Below are positions 8,432 through 16,244 of a stretch of DNA of 32,000 bases, in pieces. Position numbers and translations under genes: made by a program. Source of the DNA: Erysipelotrichaceae bacterium (GTDB taxonomy: Bacteria > Bacillota_I > Bacilli_A > Erysipelotrichales > Erysipelotrichaceae); contig OY781039.1 of NCBI GenBank assembly GCA_963676105.1, forward strand, positions 630,001-662,000, given 5' to 3'. Below the pieces are notes generated by a model. That model worked only from the letters and a program-made list of their open reading frames with translations. It had not been told where the DNA came from and did no database searches. Every line of letters starts with the position of its first letter. The first letter of the stretch is position 1.

Positions 8432-9284
8432 GAGGTGTTTGATGATAATTCCCAACAATTTTTTCGGTATTAGATACAGAAATAAAAACATTAGGGTCTG
8501 CTAAGCGGGCATGGGTAATGACTTGGTTAACTTGTACTTCTTGAACCACCATAAAGAGTAAGCAGCGTTTCTTTTTAGAATAAGCGCCTTCTCCCCATAT
8601 TTTAGTAATCCCATGGTGTGTATGCGCTAATATCATCTCGCTGACTTCATCAGGAAATGAGGTAATCATATACAAGGACTTACTTTTATAACGCATATGA
8701 CGTGAATTAATCACTTGTGTAGAAACAAATTGTAGAATAATGGAATAAAGGGCTATTTCAACCCCATAGAGCAATCCTGCGATTAAAAGCAGGACAACAT
8801 TCACACCCATAATCCAGGACCATATTGGACGTTTAAGGCGTTCTGATAAGAAGATCGCAATAAAGTCTGCGCCCCCTGCACTAGCGTTTCTTTGAAGAAC
8901 CATCCAACCTGATATCCCACTTAATAGACCCCCAAAAATGGCTAAAAGAATCATGTCATAATCAAGTTTGATTATTGGGAAAAATAAGGTAATAATGGAC
9001 ACTAAACTATAGTTTACAATTGAAAAGATTGTAAACTTGCGACCCACTTTATTCCAGACTAAATAGGTTAAAGGTAAATTAAAAAGAATGTATAAAAGTC
9101 CATAGGGAATATTTAAATCTAGATAATCTTTTGAGACACGTACAATCAATAAGGAAATGCCACTAATCCCACCTGGATAGAAATTACCTGAATATAAAAT
9201 TGTATTAATGCTTGCCGCAAATATAAAGGCAGATAATGTCACCCAAACAAGGGTTACCAAATCTTTTTTTGTCCATTTAATCAT
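8424..9284 (-). CDS. YitT family membrane protein (with C-terminal DUF2179-like domain)
   Basis: About 5 TM helices with the GGISGISLL motif, plus a soluble C-terminal domain. Typical YitT architecture. Confidence 0.75.
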   Translation of the reverse strand: MIKWTKKDLVTLVWVTLSAFIFAASINTILYSGNFYPGGISGISLLIVRVSKDYLDLNIPYGLLYILFNLPLTYLVWNKVGRKFTIFSIVNYSLVSIITLFFPIIKLDYDMILLAIFGGLLSGISGWMVLQRNASAGGADFIAIFLSERLKRPIWSWIMGVNVVLLLIAGLLYGVEIALYSIILQFVSTQVINSRHMRYKSKSLYMITSFPDEVSEMILAHTHHGITKIWGEGAYSKKKRCLLFMVVQEVQVNQVITHARLADPNVFISVSNTEKIVGNYHQTPLE

Positions 9285-9308
9285 AAAAATATTATAGTCC
9301 TTTTAGAT

Positions 9309-9332
9309 AAAAAAAGCGGCTAAATTAGCCGC
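9309..9332 (-). terminator. Terminator of the RidA transcription unit
   Basis: Minus strand GCGGCTAA-TTT-AGCCGC followed by T7. The hairpin includes the TAA stop of the RidA gene. Confidence 0.8.
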
Positions 9333-9852
9333 AACATGAACCATTACATCCTTCGTCTTCAGATTCTTCAGATCCACATGAACAATCATCACCACATCCC
9401 TCATCAGAACCGCATGAGCAGCCATCGTGTGAGTGTTGGTGTTGTTGAGCCACTTGTTGTTCATAAACAAGTGTATCAATCACAATTGCTTCAATTTCAA
9501 TTTTAGCGTCCATTGGTAGAGCAGCTACTTGAACAGTAGAGCGTGCAGGATATGGATCCGCAAAATAAGTCGCATAGATTTCATTCATTTGCGCAAATTC
9601 TTCTAGATTAGACATGAAGACGGTTGTTTTTACAACGTGTCTCATTTCTAAGTTCATTTCAGCTAATACAGCTTCCATGTTTTTAAGAACTTGATAAGTT
9701 TGTTCTTGGATGCCACCTTCGACAATTTTTCCACTTTCAACATCCATTGGAAGTTGACCTGATAAATAAACAAAGTCACCTAATTTAGTTGCAGGTGAAT
9801 ATGGACCAATCGCTTTAGGCGCATTGTTGGAATGAATAGATTTTGTAAACAT
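9325..9852 (-). CDS. RidA/YjgF/L-PSP family reactive-intermediate deaminase fused to a C-terminal Cys/His-rich tail
   Basis: RidA core (GPYSPA, GQLP, ARSTVQVAALP..AKIEIEAI) with no Cys. The last 44 aa are QQVAQQHQHSHDGCSCGSDEGCGDDCSCGSEESEDEGCNGSCCG. Confidence 0.85.
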   Translation of the reverse strand: MFTKSIHSNNAPKAIGPYSPATKLGDFVYLSGQLPMDVESGKIVEGGIQEQTYQVLKNMEAVLAEMNLEMRHVVKTTVFMSNLEEFAQMNEIYATYFADPYPARSTVQVAALPMDAKIEIEAIVIDTLVYEQQVAQQHQHSHDGCSCGSDEGCGDDCSCGSEESEDEGCNGSCCG

Positions 9853-9864
9853 AGTTCCCTCTCT

Positions 9865-10011
9865 TTACCACTCTTGGTAGTATTCAATTTCTTCTTCTTG
9901 AAGTCGCTTAGCCCGGTGTATAAAGAACATTCTCAAAAGTGCATAAAGACTGATTGTAAGTAATACAACCAAGATAGCCATTGAAATGTAATCATTAAAC
10001 GTTTCCATCAT
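9865..10011 (-). CDS. Small (48 aa) single-pass membrane protein, below the ORF-track cutoff
   Basis: My translation: MMETFNDYISMAILVVLLTISLYALLRMFFIHRAKRLQEEEIEYYQEW. SD AAGGAAG upstream, its own canonical promoter, and 12 nt upstream of the RidA start. Confidence 0.45.
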   Translation of the reverse strand: MMETFNDYISMAILVVLLTISLYALLRMFFIHRAKRLQEEEIEYYQEW

Positions 10012-10031
10012 AAGCAATTTCTTCCTTTTGT

Positions 10032-10060
10032 ATTATAAATGAGTCATTGATTAAACTCAA
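10032..10060 (-). promoter_or_regulatory. Promoter of the small-ORF/RidA unit (-35 TTGAGT, 17 nt, -10 TATAAT)
   Basis: Minus strand: TTGAGT at 10060-10055 and TATAAT at 10037-10032, with an exact 17-nt spacer. Confidence 0.6.
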
Positions 10061-10074
10061 CGAGAATACCCACA

Positions 10075-10563
10075 TCATAAAAATTTTATGAATGCCAATA
10101 CTGGTATCGCAATTCTAACAATCATCCATAGATAGATAATGATACCCATACTGTGAAAGAGCGTTAAGGCAAAATGTGTATTTGTCTGCCCTATTGAAAA
10201 AATGAACAATGCATAAATCAATGCTTGAAATAAAAAAGCTAAGACCAATTGAAACTTGGCATATAAAACAATTCTTTTATTTTCAATCAACGCAAACACT
10301 AAGGCAAGATCAAGTATAAACGCAAAGAATTCTAGTGCTTTTATCGCATTTACAAGTGAATAAAGTATTGAGTACTTATCAATCATATTCGCGAGAAATC
10401 TTGTCATGGTATTTAAATCAACAAAATTTGATAAAGCCGTTAATGTGCTGACTCGATCAAGATTAAAGAGTAAATACGCAAAGGGATACAACTGATAAGC
10501 TAAAATCAAATGAAGACATAACCATGTAACAAGTATCCCAATATTTAATAATCTATTCGACAT
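10075..10563 (-). CDS. Polytopic membrane protein, unknown function
   Basis: 162 aa with about 5 hydrophobic helices. Its start overlaps the trmL stop by 11 nt. Last gene of the operon. Confidence 0.5.
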   Translation of the reverse strand: MSNRLLNIGILVTWLCLHLILAYQLYPFAYLLFNLDRVSTLTALSNFVDLNTMTRFLANMIDKYSILYSLVNAIKALEFFAFILDLALVFALIENKRIVLYAKFQLVLAFLFQALIYALFIFSIGQTNTHFALTLFHSMGIIIYLWMIVRIAIPVLAFIKFL

Positions 10564-11062
10564 CTAACCAATCTTTCCCTTTAATCACTTCAACTTTTGA
10601 AAGTCCAGGATAATTGAGTTGTCGATGAACTTCGTAGACCATAATCGCCACTGTATTTGAAAGATTTAAACTTCGGGCACTTTCAACCATTGGTAGTCTT
10701 ATACAGTTTTCTTTATGGGCTCTTAAAATCTCTTTTGGTATACCGGTACTTTCTTTACCAAAAACAAGATAAATATCCCCTTTTACTTGTGTGTAATCAA
10801 ATTGATTAGGATCTTTTTGGCCATAACGCGTAATAAAATAAAAAGCTCCAGAGTTTTGATTTAAAAACTCGTCATAGTTTTTATATGTTGATACAAAGGC
10901 ATCTAATCGGTAATCCAGTCCAGAACGACGCACTCTTTTTTCATCAAGTTTAAAACCTAATGGTTCAATTAAATGTAAATGACAATCAGCTGCCACACAG
11001 GTACGCATAATATTTCCCGTATTTTGGGGAATTTCTGGTTCATATAAAACTACATGTATCAT
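10553..11062 (-). CDS. trmL: tRNA (cytidine/uridine-34 2'-O)-methyltransferase, SpoU/TrmL family
   Basis: MIHVVLYEPEIPQNTGNIMRTC, LVFGKESTGIP, SLNLSNTVAI (SPOUT knot motifs). 169 aa. Confidence 0.85.
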   Translation of the reverse strand: MIHVVLYEPEIPQNTGNIMRTCVAADCHLHLIEPLGFKLDEKRVRRSGLDYRLDAFVSTYKNYDEFLNQNSGAFYFITRYGQKDPNQFDYTQVKGDIYLVFGKESTGIPKEILRAHKENCIRLPMVESARSLNLSNTVAIMVYEVHRQLNYPGLSKVEVIKGKDWLDVE

Positions 11063-11766
11063 AGATAAAGACCTCTTAAAATGGCTAATAAAGCTAAATG
11101 TGTTGGATAAAAGATATAAAAGAAATATTTCTCAATCATATTATACGGATAAGCATAAACTTTGGGTTTATCAGTGTTTATTAAAGCAATTAGCACCAGT
11201 GAAACAATTGAAAAAGCTTGAACAAAATAATGCCATCCATGATTAAAGAAATCACTTAGTATCAGTGGAATATAAGACCAATTCGCAGGTATCATAAATG
11301 GAAATAACGTAAAGAAAACAGTCAACATACTATATGAGCTTGCTTGTAGAGAGAATTTTCCATGAAACTTATAAAAGAAATATAAAACAAAGATTCCATA
11401 AGCACCATAATCAATCCCAAAGAGTTCAGCGCTTAAGGCGATTAATATAATTGCCCAATCTAAGCCCCTATCCATTAGTTCAAACATGAATATTGATAGA
11501 CCAAACAAGAAGAATATACTGATGATTTCACCTGCCCCACTTATAACCATTAATCCTTGACCAAGTATCGCCGCAACCCATATCCGTATCGCAAAGTTTT
11601 TACGATTGGAGGTATGACGATAAGAAAAGGCAAATAGATAAGTAAAAATGGGAAATGCGATTCTTCCAATAACTCTTAAAAAGAAAAGTTCAGGTAAAAG
11701 AAAGTGTCCTACATGATCAATGATCATCGTTATTAATGCAATCCATTTTAAAACTCTGGTATTCAT
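11059..11766 (-). CDS. TraX family membrane protein (acyltransferase-like)
   Basis: N-terminus LKWIALITMIIDHVGHFL is the TraX signature. About 8 TM helices, 235 aa. 4-nt overlaps at both ends. Confidence 0.75.
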   Translation of the reverse strand: MNTRVLKWIALITMIIDHVGHFLLPELFFLRVIGRIAFPIFTYLFAFSYRHTSNRKNFAIRIWVAAILGQGLMVISGAGEIISIFFLFGLSIFMFELMDRGLDWAIILIALSAELFGIDYGAYGIFVLYFFYKFHGKFSLQASSYSMLTVFFTLFPFMIPANWSYIPLILSDFFNHGWHYFVQAFSIVSLVLIALINTDKPKVYAYPYNMIEKYFFYIFYPTHLALLAILRGLYL

Positions 11767-12443
11767 TTAAATAGTTTCCCTTTTAAAAGATCATAATGCA
11801 TAAGAATAATATAAGCAGACAAATATAAAGTTAACATGATAAAGATATTAAAGACCATATCGTAAAAGAAGTTGAGTTGATACATGACAATCATACGATC
11901 AGTGGCAGGATTAAGTAACCATAAATCATTGGTGAAAAAGACTTTATGGAAGCTAGTCCAAAACGCATTAAAGTCAATTAAAGCATAGAATGCGATTGCC
12001 GCTAGCAAAGTTCCAATGACAATCAGCGCATCATATAAACCTTGACGATAGGTTTTTAGTTTTTCTTTTGGGTATATAAAACTAGAAATGACGAATAAAA
12101 GAACAAAAGCCATTAAACTTAGATTACGCGCATAAACGCTATTAAGATAAAGTACCTTTACATCAACCATGTGATCTTTTTCTTTTTGGTTAAAGAATGA
12201 TTCACTTTGACCATCAACCATAATCTCATAGTCCATATCATCAACACTATCTTGAACATAAGCTAATAGCTTAAAGTTTGCATTATATAAATCAGTTTCA
12301 CTAATGTTTAAGCTTTCAGCCGTATTGTTTTCAGTAAATTTCTCAACAAAAAAGTCTGCATTAAAAATAACACTATGAATAGAAATTAAAATAATCGCAA
12401 TTAACGCAAAGAAAGAGATTAAAAATGAGAGTAATCGTTTCAT
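11763..12443 (-). CDS. TIGR01906/DUF1461-like integral membrane protein (the family that, as I recall, contains Lit, the lipoprotein intramolecular transacylase)
   Basis: N-terminal TM, extracytoplasmic segment with EKDHMVDVK, then 3-4 TM helices and FFTNDLWLLNPATDRMIVMY. Size and pattern match my memory of DUF1461. Not verified by search. Confidence 0.55.
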   Translation of the reverse strand: MKRLLSFLISFFALIAIILISIHSVIFNADFFVEKFTENNTAESLNISETDLYNANFKLLAYVQDSVDDMDYEIMVDGQSESFFNQKEKDHMVDVKVLYLNSVYARNLSLMAFVLLFVISSFIYPKEKLKTYRQGLYDALIVIGTLLAAIAFYALIDFNAFWTSFHKVFFTNDLWLLNPATDRMIVMYQLNFFYDMVFNIFIMLTLYLSAYIILMHYDLLKGKLFK

Positions 12444-13030
12444 AGATTTAGACCTTTCAAATATTCAATAGCTTGTTTTAGGGCTGCTTGACGATGCGAT
12501 ATTTGATTGCGTTCAAGTAAACTTAATTCAGAGTAATGACGTTTTTCATTTTCTGGGATAAAGACGGGATCATAACCAAAACCACCTGTTCCCTTTTCTT
12601 CAAACGCAATACTTCCTTTTAATTCACCTAGAAAGGTTTTATGAAGATTATGATTGATCACGACAGAAACAGCACAAACATATCGGGCACTTCGATCTTC
12701 TTTATCACTTAATCGCTTAATCAATTCATTATTCTTAATGGTATACGGGGTATCGTAGCCCATATAACGTGCTGAATAGATACCAGGCTCATTGTTGAGT
12801 GCGCTCACTTCTAATCCAGAATCATCGGCAATACAGATTAAACCACTGAGATTGGATCCCCATTGTGCTTTAAGTAAAGCATTCTCTTCAAATGTCGAGC
12901 CTGTTTCTTCAATATCTTCAGTTATGTTTGCTTCATCCATTGAAATCACTTCTACATCAAAGTGTTCACCAAAAAGAGCTTTCATTTCAATAACTTTATT
13001 GGGATTGTGGGTTGCGAGTAATATTTTCAT
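12440..13030 (-). CDS. rdgB: RdgB/HAM1 non-canonical purine NTP pyrophosphatase
   Basis: ATHNPNK, ETGSTFEENALLKA, ADDSGL, EPGIYSARY, GTGGFGYDPVF, SHRQAA. Confidence 0.9.
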   Translation of the reverse strand: MKILLATHNPNKVIEMKALFGEHFDVEVISMDEANITEDIEETGSTFEENALLKAQWGSNLSGLICIADDSGLEVSALNNEPGIYSARYMGYDTPYTIKNNELIKRLSDKEDRSARYVCAVSVVINHNLHKTFLGELKGSIAFEEKGTGGFGYDPVFIPENEKRHYSELSLLERNQISHRQAALKQAIEYLKGLNL

Positions 13031-14616
13031 CGTTTAATTCCTGTGTTTTTTAAATGAATACTTTCTAAATCTTTATAGACAATAAATTCTATATCACTTT
13101 TTGGGTTAATCAGTATGACTGGTATCAGTCTATCATAGCTTTTATATTGCTTGCGATAGGCTTTAATGACAGCTTTAGTATCATTTATATCCAGTTCAAA
13201 AAGACGTTGAGGTCGCATTTTGTGGCTTAAATAATAGGCGCATTCTATTTTATATTGAGCATCTTTTACAATTTCTTTTAAAACTTCATGCATCGTAAGA
13301 TAGAAATCTTTGATGGTATAAGGTTTGTCTAAGGCATCTATAGCTTGTCCCATTTTTACATAGGTATCAAAAGCAAATTCATAATCTGCTTCAAAGTGTT
13401 CATTTAACAGTTTTCTCAAACGGCCAGAATTATAGGCTTTTTCGATGGCTAGTGCCGCAAATTCAACTTCTTTAATATCATCTTGATTGACCCATTTATT
13501 TTGGATGATTTGATAAGGCGCTTCTTTTTCAAAAACATATTCATAGTCAGTGATATCTTGGTATAACATTGTGCCTTTTAAAAGTTTTAAAATGCCTAAT
13601 TGTATCTCTAAAGGTTTAAGTCTGACCATTTGCGCTAAAGAATCTTTTAAACCCGCTAAGTCTTCATAAGGCAAACCTGCGATTAAGTCTGTATGTTGAT
13701 GAGCATTTACCTCACTAAAATCTTGAATGGTTTGTTTAAGCTTTTCAATATTAGATGTACGTCCAACCGCAGTTAAAACGTCTGGATGAAAACTTTGCAC
13801 CCCAATTTCCATTCTAAAACGAGTGATATGTTTAATAATGAAATCTTTTAATTCATCTGATATATGATCACCCACCAGTTCCAAATGAAAGGTGGTGGGC
13901 TCATTTACTTCTACACAAGCCTGTGCCAAAGCTAGAGATCTTTTTGGATGCAAATTAAAGGTACGATCTAAGAACTTAACTTGTTTAACTGGATGATCAT
14001 TTAAGCGTTTAAACATCTCTAATAAATAATCCATAGAAAACTCACGTACTTTTCGATCAAGAGATGCTAGACAATAAGTACAGCCATAAGGACAGCCACG
14101 TGAAGTTTCCATATAGAGATATTGATTTAAACGATCTTTTTCATCAAAGTCTAAAAAGTAAGGACTATCTAGTTTTTCAAGTTCTTTTAAGTCTACTCTT
14201 AATACATCTGCTTTAGCATTCAAGTCTTTTTGAAAACCATTGGATACTTTATTTTGTAGTACATCCCAAAAACTAAACTCTGCTTCACCTCTAAATATGC
14301 CATCTACACCTGCTTCAAAGAAGGGTGCAGGATTATAGCTAGCCTCAGGACCACCTACATAAATAAGTATGTTTGAATTTTGTTCTTTAATCTTTTGTAT
14401 TAGTTCGATACTTTCATTAATATTAAAAATAAAAGTACTTAAGCCTATCACATTAGGATTGTAGTCTAGAAGTTCACGAAGGCACTTATCAACACCTTTG
14501 GTAGTCCCTTCGATAATTTTAGCCTCAATGGATTTTGGTTTTGCGACATAAAGCCATCTAAGAGCTAGATTCTTATGGACAAAACTAACATTTAAACTTG
14601 TTAAAGCAACTTTCAT
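13027..14616 (-). CDS. B12-binding-domain radical SAM protein with DUF4080-like C-terminal region
   Basis: N-terminal Rossmann-like B12-binding-type domain, SRGCPYGCTYC (CxxxCxxC), 529 aa. First gene of a six-gene overlapping operon. Confidence 0.8.
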   Translation of the reverse strand: MKVALTSLNVSFVHKNLALRWLYVAKPKSIEAKIIEGTTKGVDKCLRELLDYNPNVIGLSTFIFNINESIELIQKIKEQNSNILIYVGGPEASYNPAPFFEAGVDGIFRGEAEFSFWDVLQNKVSNGFQKDLNAKADVLRVDLKELEKLDSPYFLDFDEKDRLNQYLYMETSRGCPYGCTYCLASLDRKVREFSMDYLLEMFKRLNDHPVKQVKFLDRTFNLHPKRSLALAQACVEVNEPTTFHLELVGDHISDELKDFIIKHITRFRMEIGVQSFHPDVLTAVGRTSNIEKLKQTIQDFSEVNAHQHTDLIAGLPYEDLAGLKDSLAQMVRLKPLEIQLGILKLLKGTMLYQDITDYEYVFEKEAPYQIIQNKWVNQDDIKEVEFAALAIEKAYNSGRLRKLLNEHFEADYEFAFDTYVKMGQAIDALDKPYTIKDFYLTMHEVLKEIVKDAQYKIECAYYLSHKMRPQRLFELDINDTKAVIKAYRKQYKSYDRLIPVILINPKSDIEFIVYKDLESIHLKNTGIKR

Positions 14617-14623
14617 GACTTCT

Positions 14624-14651
14624 ATTTTACCATGTCAAAGCATGTTAAAAT
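14624..14651. promoter_or_regulatory. Back-to-back divergent extended -10 promoters in a 41-bp intergenic region
   Basis: Minus strand: TGgTAAAAT (14632-14624), 7 nt before the ATG at 14616. Plus strand: TGtTAAAAT (14643-14651), 6 nt before the ATG at 14658. Neither gene has an SD. Confidence 0.6.
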
Positions 14652-14657
14652 AAGCAC

Positions 14658-15485
14658 ATGAAAAGATCCATTAAACACTTTGTTGAAAAGACCTTAAATC
14701 ATCAAATAATTGAACTAAGCCAAACCGATAAAGGCTTGACCAATCATAATTTTTATTTGAAAAGTGATCAAGGTGAATTTATCATCCGCTGGCCACATCA
14801 AGATGCGAAAAACATTGTCAATCGCAGCCATGAAGCAAAGGCAATGGCTTGTGTTAAAGACTTAGATACTGAAATTATTTACTTTGATGAAAAGACAGGT
14901 ATTAAAGTTAGTCGCTATATCGAAAACTTAAAAACCTTTAATGAATATCAAGGTAAAGATAAGATTAAACGGACAGCTTTGCTCATGAAATCACTTCATC
15001 AAAGAAAAATTTGTATTGGAGAAGATTTTGATCCGATTGAACGATATGAAGCTTATGCAAAACGCGTCAAATTTCCCATGGTAGATCATGAAACAGCACA
15101 AGGAATTATTGAAGGGATTGCCCATCTTAATCGAGAAAAAACACTTTGTCATAATGATTGGGTTGAAGGCAACATCTGTTTTTCTAAATATCGTGATTAT
15201 CTCATCGATTATGAATATGCTGGTGATAATGACCCTTTCTTTGATGTCACTTCTTTCTTAACTGAAAACGAACTGACACAAAAAGAAAAATGGCAGTTTG
15301 TAAGAGCTTATTTTGGTCGTAAACCAAATGAAAAAGAATTGGAACTTTTAGAGCGTTACGCACGTTTTCATAACTTATTATGGTGTACTTGGGGAATGAT
15401 GATGTTTGAATCTCGAGAAGAAGCCATCTATAAAAACATTGCCTATGATAAATGGAATGCTTTACATCATAGAGTATTACCTTAA
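14658..15485 (+). CDS. Choline/ethanolamine/thiamine-kinase family phosphotransferase (APH fold, LicA/ThiK-like)
   Basis: Brenner motif LCHNDWVEGN and choline-kinase motif LIDYEYAGDNDPFFDVTSFLTE. Confidence 0.75.
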   Translation: MKRSIKHFVEKTLNHQIIELSQTDKGLTNHNFYLKSDQGEFIIRWPHQDAKNIVNRSHEAKAMACVKDLDTEIIYFDEKTGIKVSRYIENLKTFNEYQGKDKIKRTALLMKSLHQRKICIGEDFDPIERYEAYAKRVKFPMVDHETAQGIIEGIAHLNREKTLCHNDWVEGNICFSKYRDYLIDYEYAGDNDPFFDVTSFLTENELTQKEKWQFVRAYFGRKPNEKELELLERYARFHNLLWCTWGMMMFESREEAIYKNIAYDKWNALHHRVLP

Positions 15486-15518
15486 CTAATAAATTTAGTA
15501 TAGTGTATAATCTAATAT

Positions 15519-16244
15519 ATGGATTATATCAATATCAATAAACAGATTAGAACCCCTATCTATCGACAAATTGTTAATAGTATTTTAGATGCGATATCAG
15601 ATCATCGCCTTAAACACAATGATCATCTTCCGACTGAAGAAGAAATGTGTGCGACTTTTGGCATATCTAATATTGTGGTTAAACAAGCCTATAAAGAACT
15701 CGTTGATGATGGTGTGGTTAAGAGGATTAGAGGTAAAGGAACTTATATTCATACTTTAAATCCAGAACTTATGCATCTCAAAGATTTCAGTGATTTTGAA
15801 AAGCGATTTTTAAATCGTGGTGTCATTAAAAGACGTGTACTACTAGAAGATGGGATACTTGGACCACGAGAATTAACTTTCATTAAAAACACAGACATTA
15901 AATACGTCCACCTTGTTTTTGTGGCTTGTTTAGAAGGTATTCCTGTATATGCTCAGTCTGTCATGGTACGTGAAGATTTTTCACGCTACTTTATTGAAAC
16001 TGATGATGAAAAATTTAACACTCAAAATTGGCTATCACAAACACCTGGTACCCATATTCGTTATGAGTTTATGGTGGATGGACTGGTTCAAAATAACGCT
16101 AAACTTTTAAATATGAATGTGGGAGATGCCTGCCATCATATTCATACGACTTATTCACTTAATGACGAAGTTATTGCGATTATGTGCAACTTCGTACCCA
16201 ATGAGTTTTTACACTTCCAATTCACACTAGGAAAAGCATCATGA
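15519..16244 (+). CDS. GntR family (HutC-type, UTRA effector domain) transcriptional regulator
   Basis: N-terminal wHTH PIYRQIVNSILDAI...LPTEEEMCATFGISNIVVKQAYKELVDDGVVKRIRGKGTYI, plus a C-terminal domain of about 160 aa. Confidence 0.85.
   Translation: MDYININKQIRTPIYRQIVNSILDAISDHRLKHNDHLPTEEEMCATFGISNIVVKQAYKELVDDGVVKRIRGKGTYIHTLNPELMHLKDFSDFEKRFLNRGVIKRRVLLEDGILGPRELTFIKNTDIKYVHLVFVACLEGIPVYAQSVMVREDFSRYFIETDDEKFNTQNWLSQTPGTHIRYEFMVDGLVQNNAKLLNMNVGDACHHIHTTYSLNDEVIAIMCNFVPNEFLHFQFTLGKAS

Noticed and set aside
12792-13037. 81-aa plus-strand ORF
   Set aside because: It is antisense to rdgB, which has all its family motifs. It is a shadow ORF.
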